The notes below the pieces were generated by a model that was given only the letters and a program-made list of their open reading frames with translations, was not told the DNA's origin and did not search any database. Below, piece after piece: positions 25,788-38,660 of a DNA stretch of 64,000 nucleotides (the stretch's first letter is position 1; each line of letters begins with the position of its first letter). The position numbers and the translations under genes were made by a program. This stretch comes from Octopus bimaculoides (taxonomy: Eukaryota), in NCBI RefSeq assembly GCF_001194135.2, contig NC_068982.1, positions 9,406,353 through 9,470,352 of the forward strand. The letters are read 5' to 3'.

Positions 25788-28660
25788 TATACATATGTGT
25801 GTTTGTGTGTCTGTGTGTGTGTGTAGATATATACAGCATACGATAAAGAATTATGAAGATTAGGAGCAATGCTGGAATGTGATGTTTCACTCCGTTATTA
25901 TTTGGGTTTCGTTCCTCAAAAATACCCACGGTGAATTTCCCTTCCAGTCGACACACACGCGCGCGCGAGAGAGAGAGTGCACACACCCATGTATATAAGC
26001 ACATATATATATGAATACATGTATGTAAATATGTGTGAGTGTTTGAGTGTACGTACATATAAATATATTTACACTTATATTTATGTGAGTGTATGTATGT
26101 GTATGAATGCTTGAGCTCATCTACATGTGAAAGAATGTGTGCACATGCCTGCATGTGTACGTATGAAATTGTTAATATACTGACCGGTGAGTCTCTCTAA
26201 TACACCCAATATAAAATAGCAATAGATCTAGCGTATAAAAATGTCTAATATCCTTCGGTATTCTGTTAGGCACGCAGGTTTTCTATTTCTTAGAATTGCA
26301 CAGTCTTCCAATAAATGAACGGTTTTGCGTCGAGTGGTTCGTGTTTTGGCTCAAGTGATGTTTCTGCCGAAGCTAAGTAACTTAATCTTATTTTCATTAA
26401 TCAGAGGAGAATAGGCAGCTCCCCTGGCATTTTTAGGCTCTCCCTTATTATAGTTTACGTTTGAAGCCGAGAAAAGTCTATGGACATCTAACAACTTCAA
26501 AGTAACCAAATGCATTATACTGGCTGTATAAGTTACAGTGATTGCAACTTTTCGTTATTGAATATTTCTCAATCAATCAGATGACTTTATATAACCCGGG
26601 CGGGTCATTATGCCCACGATAAGCACACGTACTGGTTTAATTTCACTTCCTTTTTATTCGTGAATTGGATTGCTATTTAACCAATTAATTAGTCGAGGTT
26701 TGGATTAATTATTCAGTTAATCGGTTCATTTTGTCGCTATGTCCTACCTCTTTAATGATATCCCCTCTCTACTCGAGACCAGCTTCAAGTCTCTGACTGT
26801 TCCGAGGCACAATAAAAATTCTTCAAAACACGAGTCACCACCAAGAATCTTGCAAACCAAATACAAAGCGAAAGAGTCTAGGTTTTATATATATATTTCC
26901 ACTTTATATAGGATTATGTGCTTGTGTGTGTGAGTGTGTGCGTGTGTGCGAGTGCGTGTGTGCGTATGTGTGTGTTTGAATCTGGATGACTACATGCGTG
27001 TTCAATTTTGACTCTACAGCTTCAGTACTTTCCTACATGTGTAAAAAGTACTTCACTGCGAGTGTTGCTTCAGCTTTGTAGAAAATCAGGAAGTATTCGT
27101 GGCTAAACTATTTTCTGGCTCTCAAAATGACCATTAAGTCCTTTTTAAAGTAAGATGATAAATGACATTTTCTCTCTAAATAGAACGCAAATATTTCCTT
27201 TATAGACAGACGTGAGCCTAATAGTGCCAGCTACTTTAATATCCGATTCTAAAGCCATCACTTCCTTAAGCAACAACATACTTCATCATTAAAAATATTT
27301 TGCATGTTAAAGTTATGGAGTCATTTATCGGGATTAACTACTGCGCTGCTAACACGCATATCAGGCAGACTGCTGCTGTCAGAATTTTCATTGATCTGAA
27401 CAAAACAAGACGTTTGTTTCTTAAATTAAATTAGAAATTTGTAGATTAGCAGAAGCAGAAAGTAGATTCACATCGTGAATCGAAAGCTTCAACAATGGGT
27501 CAAAGTTTGTGTCAATCAGATTCAACGAAGATTATGTTACTCATATGAGTGTATGTATGTAAATATGTGTGAGTGAGTGTGTCTGTGTGTGCATGTGTGT
27601 GCTTGAACGTATATACATATCAATATGTACACGTATTTGTAGGCGTATGTATATGTTTACATAGTCATATGTAATATAGAGTATAATGATGTATGTGTAT
27701 ATATATATATATATATATGTATGGTTTGGCGGAGAGATGTGGTTAGGTTAGTTTGGCCAATACTCTACAGTTGATACTTATCACTGATAGAAGAAAAGTG
27801 GAAAAGTAATCAAGATTAGGGTCAACTGGTACTTATTTACTTTTGTTCAGTTTCAGAATAAATGGAACGTACTTCAGATGTACTTTGAATACATCATCAA
27901 TCTCGTAAAGTGATATCAACTTGTTTGCTCAAAATAGCCACAAAATTGCTCTCAAATCGCACACACAACCGTTCTAAATAAGACAGCACCACTAGATACG
28001 GCTAAAAATACTGGATCGTCTTTGATCATAGTTCTCCTCCATCAGAGTTGATGTGGAGCCAATCAACACCATCAACGCTGCAAATTATTTCTCTGATTTC
28101 ATAAACATGATTTTACAAAAGCCTAGAATCATTAGTTCGAGTAGTGACATAATGTGAACTTTTATTACATATTAACAAGTATCCACGTTTTTCATAGTAA
28201 CGGAAATAAAGGTTTTCATTTCCGACGTTAACTCCTTCGCCTTCTACAACTCAAAGGGTGACTCTCAGGATGGATGGTGGACCTGATAAAAATAGCAGGT
28301 GAATATACTGCAATGTGTATTTTATGATCATTAAAAAAGATATGAACGCATTAAGTAAAGTAATCTTTGGTATTCATAAAAGACAGGTTAGTCATGACTG
28401 GAACGCTTTCATGATAAATGTGTCCCATGTGCTTCCAATTCTTGGATGAGACATTGAGTACCAGTATCAATATGAAATAATTTCATTTAGGCTACTTTGT
28501 AACTATTGAAAAATTCACGATATCGATGCTTATTTACTTGATCTACTAGAAACAACAGCCAAATCCTCCTTAAAAAATTAATAAGGTTAAATACCGATCA
28601 GAATTAGGGAGAATCGTGGCTCGAATGCCTTTATTTGGGTTTCAACTATAACAACGAATT

Positions 28661-29050
28661 GTCGTGGCACTCCGTCAGTTACGACGACGAGGGTTCCAGT
28701 TGATTCGATCTACGGAACAGCCTGCTCGTGAAATTAACGTACAAGTGGCTGAGCACTCCACAGACACGTGTACCCTTAACGTAGTTCTCGAGGAGATTCA
28801 GCGTAACACAGAGTGTGATAAGGCTGGTCCTTTGAAATACAAGTACAACAGAAACAGGAAGAAAGAGTGAGAGAAAGCTGTGGTGAAAAAGAGTACAGCA
28901 AGGTTCGCCACTACCACCACCCCTAGTGGAGCCTCGTGGAGCTCTAGGCGTTTTCGCTTAATAAACACTAACAACGCCCGATCTGAGAATCGAAGCCAAG
29001 ATTCTAAGACAGCGAATCCGCTGCCCTAACCACTGGGCCATTGCGCCTCC
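28661..29050 (-). mobile_element. tRNA-derived SINE family C, full length
   Basis: Minus-strand head ggaggcgcaaTGGCCCAGTGGttagggcagcgg (A box) and ggcTTCGATTCtc (B box). 13-bp TSD TAT(A/G)ACAACGAAT at 28647-28659 and 29052-29064. Confidence 0.9.
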
Positions 29051-29595
29051 ATATGACAACGAATATTACACATTTGTCAAGGGATCGAGAAAAATCGATT
29101 TTTGTAATTCCTTAACCAGAGTCGTATACCTATTTATAGTTGTCAACAAGAGCAGATAACTCATTAATGATACCTAAGTTGGTTTCTGTGATGCTATGCT
29201 CAACCAAGTAGCTAAGATGAGAGAACACACAGATTTAGCAACACATATTACGAAAATGTCAAATTACTCTACTGTATAATTATAAATAAGATTTGTTTAT
29301 CTTTGGGAGATTAAAACGAAATGTAGTAATCCTTTTCAAAGGTTATGAAGCTTGCGTTGACAGCAGATGAAGCCTGATCCCTAAGCTTATCAGGCTGTTG
29401 ACATATTATTATTATTATTATTTATGTATAATGTCGTTTATATTGATATGGTGATTAATATTGTACATATACACATATACATGCACGCGTGCACACATAT
29501 ATGCAAACGTATTATGTTTATATGAATATATACTTACGCATACATACATAGACGCACGCACATATATATGCATGTACGTATGCATGGATAAATAA

Positions 29596-29640
<45 letters not shown>

Positions 29641-30151
29641 NNNNNNNNNNNNNNNNNNNNNNNNNNNNNNNNNNNNNNNNNNNNNNNNNNNNNNNNNNNN
29701 NNNNNNNNNNNNNNNNNNNNNNNNNNNNNNNNNNNNNNNNNNNNNNNNNNNNNNNNNNNNNNNNNNNNNNNNNNNNNNNNNNNNNNNNNNNNNNNNNNNN
29801 NNNNNNNNNNNNNNNNNNNNNNNNNNNNNNNNNNNNNNNNNNNNNNNNNNNNNNNNNNNNNNNNNNNNNNNNNNNNNNNNNNNNNNNNNNNNNNNNNNNN
29901 NNNNNNNNNNNNNNNNNNNNNNNNNNNNNNNNNNNNNNNNNNNNNNNNNNNNNNNNNNNNNNNNNNNNNNNNNNNNNNNNNNNNNNNNNNNNNNNNNNNN
30001 NNNNNNNNNNNNNNNNNNNNNNNNNNNNNNNNNNNNNNNNNNNNNNNNNNNNNNNNNNNNNNNNNNNNNNNNNNNNNNNNNNNNNNNNNNNNNNNNNNNN
30101 NNNNNNNNNNNNNNNNNNNNNNNNNNNNNNNNNNNNNNNNNNNNNNNNNNN

Positions 30152-30206
<55 letters not shown>

Positions 30207-30371
30207 ATGGGGTAAGTCGGTATATTTTCAATGCTATGTTACACGTGTTTTATTACAAGAAAGCAGTTACAAAGAAATACGTGTAAAAAAAAAAAAAGCA
30301 CATGTAGAGAGTCTTCTATACATAATTCTTCATACAAAGACTGACCAGTAATACTTGATATCATTCTTTAA

Positions 30372-30475
30372 TTTTACTCTTTTAGTTGTTTCAGTCATTT
30401 GACTGTGGCCATGCTGGAGTCCCGCCTTTAGTCTAGCAAATCGACTCCAGGACTTATTCTTTGTAAGCCTAGTAC
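30372..30475 (-). mobile_element. SINE family A 3' fragment
   Basis: Matches the tail of family A (gtttcagtcatttgactgtggccatgctggag...aagcctagtac). Confidence 0.85.
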
Positions 30476-31082
30476 ATAACACGAAAGCAAAACACAGAAA
30501 TATATTAAAAATACATGTCTGAGAAGAGCATTAGTTAAACAAAATAAAATGAAACGGTAATAGTTCAAAATGATCAGAATAGCAAGAGCACTTTTAAAAT
30601 TCGTAAAGGACTGAAGAACGAATTAGAAACATTAATATTCCTAGTAGAAGGTAAGGTGTATGAACACATACGTTTCTAGGGAAAAGTATTGATTGAAAAC
30701 TGAAAAGGAAAACGAATTATTCTCATAAGCCAAGGAATGGCTTTTTTCTTTCTTTTATTTTTCTTAAGAAATAAACGTACTGAGTAACCAAGAATTCGAA
30801 CGTTATTGGACCTTAATGAAGACAGAGGAACGTTGATGTGCTTCTGAAAAAGAAAATACGTCACAGTGGACGTGTGTGATTGAATAGCTTTGTGAAAAGA
30901 GATAGCAGGAGAGATGCATACCACATGAAACAGCATTAGACAAGTAAATAGAACCAAAAGAATAAGTGGAGTAAAGCTGCATTAAAGTTATTCAAGTAAA
31001 AAGTAGTTTAGCGCACATATATACAAACACATAACCACATTTATAGAAAAATACTAGTACACACACATACAAAAAACTGTCT

Positions 31083-31368
31083 CACTCTCAGTTACGACCA
31101 CAAGGGTTTCTGCTCATCCGATCGACAGAACGGCCTGATCGTTCACTCTACAGACACACCTGCCCTTAACGCAGTTCTTAGAGAGATTGAGTGTGACACA
31201 GAATGTGAAAAGGCCGGTCCTTTGAAATACAGATACTACTCATTTTTGCCAGCTGAGTGGACTGGAGCATCGTGAAATAAAGTGTCTTGCTCAAAATACA
31301 AAGTGGTGCTGGGTATTGAACTCACAACCTTCCGATCGTGAGCCTAACCAGTGAGCTTCTTGCCTTCA
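31083..31368 (-). mobile_element. Diverged SINE related to family C
   Basis: Shares the ccgatc.acagaacggcctg, cagacac..g..cccttaac and gtgacacaga.tgtga.aagg..ggtcctttgaaataca blocks with the 28661 copy; different 5' region. Confidence 0.7.
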
Positions 31369-31499
31369 CACACATACTGAAATATATTAAAATTAGAATA
31401 AGGGTGCTGAATAGTTACAACACCCTTATTATAGTTTAATATAAATGGACCATTATGGTATTTTAGTATGCTAGCCACCTACTGATAGATCATTAAATA

Positions 31500-31646
31500 C
31501 ACCACATTATTTCCATTATTTCCATTGTTTACATTTGACGGATATTTGCCCTCATCATGTTTGTTGTTAACACAACGTTTCGGCTGATATACCTTCCAGC
31601 CTTCTTCAGGTGTCTTGGGGAACTTTCGAACCTGGGTTCTCATTCG
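31500..31646 (-). mobile_element. Penelope-type short retroelement end containing a hammerhead motif, copy 1
   Basis: About 130 bp homologous to 62005-62135 in inverted orientation. Confidence 0.8.
31569..31614 (-). ncRNA. Minimal type I hammerhead ribozyme motif
   Basis: Minus strand reads GACAC-CUGAAGA-A-GGCUG(gaagguauau)CAGCC-GAA-ACGU-U-GUGUU: stem I 5 bp (one G.U), perfect 5-bp stem II, palindromic ACGU stem III, GUU cleavage triplet. Confidence 0.75.
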
Positions 31647-31667
31647 TAAGTAACAGCAGTAGTTGTA

Positions 31668-31759
31668 GTCATCGATAAAATAAAGTATGAGCGAAGAGTT
31701 GGGATCGATGTAATCGAATACCTTGAAAATCGTAAGTTTTGTGCCAAAGTTGCAAACCT
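31668..31759 (+). mobile_element. Diverged SINE family B 3' fragment
   Basis: tcgataaaataaagta...tgggatcgatgtaatcga...ttgtgccaaa resembles the family B core and tail. Confidence 0.55.
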
Positions 31760-31760
31760 T

Positions 31761-31767
31761 TATTATT

Positions 31768-31811
<44 letters not shown>

Positions 31812-31960
31812 AATCATTATTATCATTATTATTACTGCAGCTGCTGCTGATGTGGATCTCGAGTTGTTTCTGCTGCTGCAGATGATGATGGTGGGTGGGG
31901 ATAGTGACGAAAATGATGACGATGACAACGACGACGACGACGACGACGATGATGATGATA
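31761..31960. repeat. Compound (ATT)/(ATC)/(GAT)/(GAC) trinucleotide tract
   Basis: Direct reading. Confidence 0.9.
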
Positions 31961-32313
31961 ATGGTAAACTAATTGAAGAAGCTATAAAACTCGTTTAGAA
32001 ACTATATTGATGACAGTCGTTGATATGTAGGAGAAAACAGAACTACAATGTTATTTATCGCCACAAATTCAATCATTGATTGATGATAACATCTGCTTCT
32101 TCGAGAAACCCGTGTAATCGCTTTTCCACTTGTTTATGATTTATACATAAAACGAAGTCATTGCTGCGTGTCATCAATCCTTAGATTCCAACCTCAAATT
32201 AAGGCTTCATCTAACATTATGAAAATCTTAAGAGCGAGATGACAGACGAATGTTAGAACTACTTCAGATACGCTTATTTCCTGCATTTTTAGCCCAAATA
32301 ATACTGATACGTA

Positions 32314-32475
32314 GGCTCAGGAGTGGCTCTGTGGCAAGTAGCTTACTTACGAACCACATAGTTCCGGGTTCACTCCCACTGCGTGGCACCTTGGGCAAGT
32401 GTCTTCTACTATAGCCTCGGGCTGACAAAAGACTTGTGAGCGGATTTGGTAGACACAAACTGAAAGAAGTCCGCC

Positions 32476-32507
<32 letters not shown>

Positions 32508-32523
32508 NNNNNNNNNNNNNNNN

Positions 32524-32581
<58 letters not shown>

Positions 32582-32665
32582 GTATGTATATGTTTGTGTG
32601 TCTGTGTTTGTCCCCAACATTGCTTGGCAACCGATGCTGGTGTGTTTACGTCCCCGTAATTTAGC
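32314..32665 (+). mobile_element. SINE family A, 3'-truncated, with gap in the internal microsatellite
   Basis: Head ggctcaggagtggctctgtggcaagtagc; ends at tccccgtaatttagc. Confidence 0.9.
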
Positions 32666-32856
32666 ATGAGAATACATACATAAAGCAAACCATACAAATC
32701 TGCACATATACATACACACATACAAACAAACTAAAATATCCCTTTGTTGATGTTGAAATTCCAATGAAGAAGCCTTGGATCTACGTTAGAAACCGACTCT
32801 TTCTCTATTGGCAAGAAATCTTCAAATTAAACAGAATAATGACATACATACATACA

Positions 32857-33256
32857 GGCGCAGGAGTGGCTGTGTGGTAAGTAGCTTGCTTACCAACCAC
32901 ATCGTTCCGGGTTCAGTCCCACTGTGTGGCACCTTGGGCAAGTGTTTTCTACTATAGCCTCGGGCCGACCAAAACCTTGTGAGTGGATTTGGTAGACGGA
33001 AACTGAAAGAAGCCCGTCGTATATATGTATATGTATACATATGTGAGTGTGTTTGTGTGTCTGTGTTTGTCCCCACAACATCGCTTGGCAACCGATGCTG
33101 GTGTGTTTAGTCCCCATAATTTAGCGGTTCGGCAAAAGAGAACGATTGAATAAGTACTAGGCTTACAGAGAATAAGTCCTGGGGGTCGATGTGCTCGACT
33201 AAAAGGCGGTGCTCCAGCATGGCCACAGTCAAATGACTGAAACCAGTAAAAGAGTA
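32857..33256 (+). mobile_element. tRNA-derived SINE family A, full length, inserted in (CATA)n
   Basis: Complete head, core and tail; (CATA)n on both flanks. Confidence 0.93.
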
Positions 33257-33503
33257 AATACATACATACATACATAACGCAGATAGAAAAGTTGGCAATG
33301 ACTATACATACATATGTCAAGAGTGATTACATTTTACACTCAACCCGTCAGTTATCGACGAACATTGCATAAGTATCCACTATGTTTAGCGGTGAAATAC
33401 TATTGGTTCGACCAATTTATATATTAAACTCATTCCTGGAAGCTTGTACTTCAATATTAATTGGTACCAAGAGCCTGAATTCTATACAAATCCTGTAAAG
33501 ATA

Positions 33504-33506
<3 letters not shown>

Positions 33507-33579
<73 letters not shown>
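33507..33579. repeat. (TA)n microsatellite
   Basis: Direct reading. Confidence 0.95.
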
Positions 33580-33587
<8 letters not shown>

Positions 33588-34164
33588 GTGCGTGTGTGCG
33601 TGCGTGCGTCTGTGAATTCGTTATAAAGTTAATTTACTACGAGATGTAGCAACAATGTTGGTTCAAAGTGCATTGAAGGCGTTCAGCTTATTCCGAATCA
33701 TTAACTGATAGATTCTAAATGCTTCAGAAATATATTAAATGGACTTTCCAATATTAACTTTCAACATAATGTAACCTGCCTGTTGTAAATTAAACCGATA
33801 TATTCCATACAAATCGTATAGCAAGCGCATATACATACGCAAACACGTGCATTAGCACACATATATATATATATATATATTTACATATATACGTATATAT
33901 GTGTGTATGCGTGTATGTGCGTTTACATGTGTAAGCGCACGGTAGTGTTAGCTAAATGTATATATATATATATATACACATGTATGCGAGCGTACACGCA
34001 CACACACATATGTATGGTGTATAGGAATTAAATGAAATGCTCCATCTGAATTTACAAAATGCAGGCTACCTTATCGGGAAAATTAATAAATTGATAAAGA
34101 AAAATCCATTCAACTTATTCTGAAATATTTCGAATAGATCTCAAAACACTTCCAAATAATTTGA

Positions 34165-34178
34165 ATACATACATACAC

Positions 34179-34241
<63 letters not shown>

Positions 34242-34285
34242 NNNNNNNNNNNNNNNNNNNNNNNNNNNNNNNNNNNNNNNNNNNN

Positions 34286-34324
<39 letters not shown>

Positions 34325-34380
34325 CTTGATAGATAGAAAGACAGATAAATACATACAATATGTACATAGATATCTATACC

Positions 34381-34467
<87 letters not shown>

Positions 34468-34495
34468 AGACATATGTATATATATATATATATAA
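34165..34495. repeat. Compound (CA)n/(TA)n/(GA)n/(GATA)n microsatellite with gap
   Basis: Direct reading. Confidence 0.95.
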
Positions 34496-35405
34496 ATGCA
34501 TACATATCTGCGTGCGTGTATGCATGTATTTATGTATGAAAGTATGTATTAAAGTATGTATATACATATATAGATGTACTTTTACTTGTTTTTCAGTGTG
34601 TGTGTGTTACATATCGTGGTAAAAGTACACGCGATTCTGGCTTATTTATTCAGCGACTGAAATGCAAATATTTCTTCATATGTTTTCTTCATATTTAGCT
34701 TTTTGTAGTAACCTACTCCAGTTCATGTTTCGTAAAGGTTTGATCTTTATAGAGATAGTGATCCACTTAACTTTAAGGAGGTAACTTGTAATTTTCTATA
34801 TTTATTTTCATAGAAAATGCAGCATAAATATTAGTTCAAAGTCCCTACCAAGGGATTGAAAATATTCTATCTTATTTAGTGGTCTATTCAAAGTACTTCA
34901 GAATATATTAAATTGAATTTACGATATTAAATTTTTCGACAATATAACCTGGTTTTGTGAATTAAGGGATATATATTTCATACAATTCGGAAAACACACA
35001 CGCACATACATACGAAAACACACACAGATATGTGATATGTGCGTATGTATATGTCAGTCAATGTGTTTGTGTGAGTGGTTTTATAATATGTGTCTACGTG
35101 TGTGTGTGTGCGTATGTAGTATTAATATAATATCAAAAACGTAATTGATATTTAATCTTCATAAAACATACACTTGTTTCAATGAATCGACTGCCAGTAT
35201 TACAAAATCATGTGGAGAGAGTGCCAAATCATATCGAATTAATTCGTCAGTGCTTTCAGTGAAGACTACAAAGTATAGAACTAACTGGATTTAGAATCTC
35301 CTTTATGCAAAATACTCATAACATCAAAGTTGTAACAGAGTATATGGTATCAGAATGCTAAGTAGTAGAATGGCGTAATGAGAAGCTAGACAATGTCGAG
35401 GCAAG

Positions 35406-35564
35406 CAGGGCCGGCTTAAGGTACCGGCAACTTGGGCAGTCGCCCATGTACTAGGGGGCGCCAAGGAGGGCGTGACAAAGACAAGGAGATTTCCACGACT
35501 GGTAGCTTGTACACGCCGAAGTCGCAGCTTGCCCGGAGCGCCAGCAACCCTAGGGCCGGGCCTA
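35406..35564. mobile_element. Short GC-rich hAT-like MITE remnant
   Basis: Termini CAGGGCCGGCTTAAGG ... CCTAGGGCCGGCCTAG form an imperfect TIR of a type typical of hAT MITEs. TSD not clean (about 5/8). Confidence 0.55.
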
Positions 35565-35669
35565 GATGTAAAGAAGGTGGTGGAGTCCACCCTACCGTTT
35601 ATGTATTTAGGTAAACACATATAAACACACGTACATACTTGAAACCATTCAGAAAGAGAGAAGGGGGGT

Positions 35670-36261
35670 GGATCTATTTTAAAACGGGGGCCACATTTTT
35701 CATTAATGTTTTACGTAGTGTTTTTGGTACCGAAAGACTTTCAAACTTCGTATACTTATCTATTTTGTGTTATAGAACAGAAAAATATTTTTGTATTCGA
35801 ATTTATTTCATGTAAAAAATTGTCTTATTTCGATAATTTCAACCAATCACTGACAAGTATTCAGTTGTTTACATTTACTCCTTTGGATGATTAAGCGATG
35901 TAAAGCGTATTTAATCTCCATACCTTCGTTTTATTTGCTTTTTTCATTTTAAATTTGCTTTAACCCTAACCCTAACCCTAACCCTAACCCTAGGGTTAGG
36001 GTTTGGGTTAGGGTTAGGGTTAATTGTTTCAGAATCGTTTGTTTATGTCGTCGGCACTTAATGTATATCGGCTGAATGGACGTCAGTGATTGGTTGAAAT
36101 TACAGAAATACGACAACTTTAACATGGAATAACTTATGGATTTCTTTTTTTTAAAGAAGACTAAGAGAAAAAAGATGTTTTATATGATACATTCTACCAG
36201 TGTTCCAAGTTTCAAAGTGTTTCGTTAATGAAAATTGTGGCCCCCGTTTTAAAAAAGATCC
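35670..36261. mobile_element. Telomeric-palindrome MITE, copy 2
   Basis: 37-bp TIRs starting GGATC; (TAACCC)5-TA-(GGGTTA)5 at 35961-36022. G-run target site (AGGGGGGT left, G-run then T right) is consistent with a slipped 8-bp TSD. Confidence 0.92.
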
Positions 36262-36848
36262 GGGGGGGGGGTGAAGAAATAACCACAAACAAACCTTGTC
36301 TCATGCGTAACAACGATAACAACAAAAATACCATTAGCTTGGAAAACAATTGTGGAAAGTATAAAACACTATTGTCAACTCCATTATAACGCTTTCATAC
36401 ATCAGAAGTAAAAGGAGTTAGTTGTCCCATCGTTCGACCGCTTTATAATCTTAGTTTCAGAAAACCATTCTAAGGCAGGTGAAAGGCAGTGTTCGTAAAT
36501 ATTTCCGTTGTTTCTAAAGACGGATAAGCAGTGTAATAGTAATCCGGGCACTCTACCACACGAACATGTTCACCATTGGGTGTATGCAGTTCCATACGGA
36601 ACAACCATGCTGAAGTGGGTGGCAACAAACATTCCTTTTCAGTATTGTTACTGCTTGCATCTCTTATAACGATTTTAGAACTAGGTGGTTTACTTGTAAG
36701 ATCAGCGCCTGAACGCCGATTATTTTTCTATACATCGCAAGCTAGAGCAAACGAATGCCATCTCTAGCGGGTAGGTTTTTGTTGTTTTTTGAAGAATACT
36801 AAGTGAAATTTTTTGAGCGAAGCCGCCATCGTTGGGTGGAAGTGAATA

Positions 36849-38660
36849 ATGGAAGAAAAGAAGAGTTACGCAGAAGCTACTGGAAGGCGAAATACCATAG
36901 ACCCACGTGTGCTGAAGCAGAAGAGGGTGGAGTGGAATGAGGAGAAGATAGCAAAATATTATTGCATGATAAAATAGAAGGGTCAAACAGAAAAATTGGA
37001 TCTTTTTTAAAACGGGGGCCACATTTTTCATTAATGTTTTACGTAGTGTTTTTGGTACCGAAAGACTTTCAAACTTCGTATACTTATCTATTTTGTGTTA
37101 TAGAACAGAAAAATATTTTTGTATTCGAATTTATTTCATGTAAAAAAATGTCTTATTTCGATAATTTCAACCAATCAGTGACAAGTATTCAGTTGTTTAC
37201 ATTTACTCCTTTGGCTGATTAAGCCATAGCTTCGTTTTATTTACTTTTGTCATTTTAAATTTGCTTTCTTCATTTTAAATTTGCTTTTTTCATTTTCTTT
37301 CTTTTTCTTCGTTTTATTTGCTTTTTTCTTTTTAACTTTGCGGTTTTACCCTAACCCTAACCCTAACCCTAACCCTAACCCTAACCCTATCACCGATAGA
37401 ATTGTTTCAGAATCGTTTGTTTATGTAGTCGGCACTTAATGTATATCGGCTGAATGGACGTCAGTGATTTGTTGAAATTACAGAAATACAACAACTTTAA
37501 CATGCAATAACTTATGGATTTCTTTTTTTTTTTTAAAGACTAAGAGAAAAAGATGTTTTATATGACACATTCTACCAGTGTTCCAAGTTTCAAAGTGTTT
37601 CGTTAATGAAAAATGTGGCCCCCGTTTTAAAAAAGATCCGAAAAATGACCCTTCCAGAGGGGGAAAAAAGAAAATTGGAAAGCAGGACGGTGATATTCAC
37701 ATTTTCGAATGAAATTAGAATAGAACACGCGCCACAGGAAGAGATAGAGGAAATATTGAAAGAACAAATTGGTGAAGGAATAACTTTCATTATAAGAGGA
37801 AGGAAATATGCGACTATAATAGTCACCTTTGTATCAGAAGAGGAGGCGAAAATGAACAACAGACTGATATTGGGAGAGAAATAGACGTTGGTGCCGAACT
37901 GTTTGAGCAAAAGAATCGTCAGGGTCAGGATGGGAAGAATCCCACCGTCGATAGACCCAGAATGGGTAATAGTCGCAATTTTTAATTCAGAGCTGGTGAA
38001 GGGAAGTGAAAACATGGACATTTGCATAGTAAGCAGAACTCAAGAATTGAATTGGTGGGGGATATGGTATTGAAGTAATTTGCGCAGTAAGACCAGAGTA
38101 TTATGACGAAATGGCGGAAACTGTAGAATTACGAAACGGTGAAAAAGTGGAAGTAATGTTGGAGGGGAGACCCCCAAAATGCTACGGATGCGGTGAAAGA
38201 GGGCACCTGAGAAGCAAATGCCCTAGAGTAGCAGTAGAAATGGTGGAAGAGAGTGTATAGGAAGATATAGTGGTGGAAAAAAGGCAGAAGTAGAGAACAG
38301 AATATGACAGGAATTAGGCGGAGGTAAAACCCAGGAAAAGAGAGAGAAGAAAGTCACCGGCGATAGTGGAAGTGAAGAAGTGCAAAGGAATGGAAGAAGA
38401 AACTCAACCCACGACGAGAAACGGAGAAAATTTACCAATGGAAGTACCAGCAAAGGAATTAAAAGCACAGAGTCAGTCAGACCATAAAAGAGACAACCCA
38501 GAATTACGGAAACCTAAAGACATAGACACAGAGATGAAACACGTCGAGTTGCAGTCAAACGAACACAGACACACAAATACACGAACACACAGACTTAGAG
38601 ACGGAAATACAAGAACACATAAAACAGCAGGAAAATATGAGCAAAAGGAGATCATCTAAA
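36849..38660 (+). pseudogene. Decayed gag-like ORF1 of an L1/Tx1-type LINE with CCHC zinc knuckle, interrupted by MITE copy 3
   Basis: Manual translation: MEEKKSYAEA... (36849); LHDKIEGSNRK then MTLPEGEKRKLESRTVIFTF across the MITE; RIVRVRMGRIPP; frameshift; EVMLEGRPPK-CYGCGERGHLRSKC (CX2CX4HX4C, 38180-38221); then a charged tail. Contains several stops and frameshifts. Confidence 0.75.
36998..37639. mobile_element. Telomeric-repeat MITE, copy 3 (one telomeric arm lost)
   Basis: Same TIRs; TSD GAAAAATT (36990-36997) / GAAAAATG (37640-37647). About 7 TAACCC units at 37346-37389 with no GGGTTA arm. Confidence 0.92.

Noticed and set aside
28970-29050. tRNA gene (also the heads of SINE families A and B)
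   Set aside because: A/B boxes are present, but there is no complete cloverleaf or acceptor stem, and each head is attached to a SINE body with a TSD.
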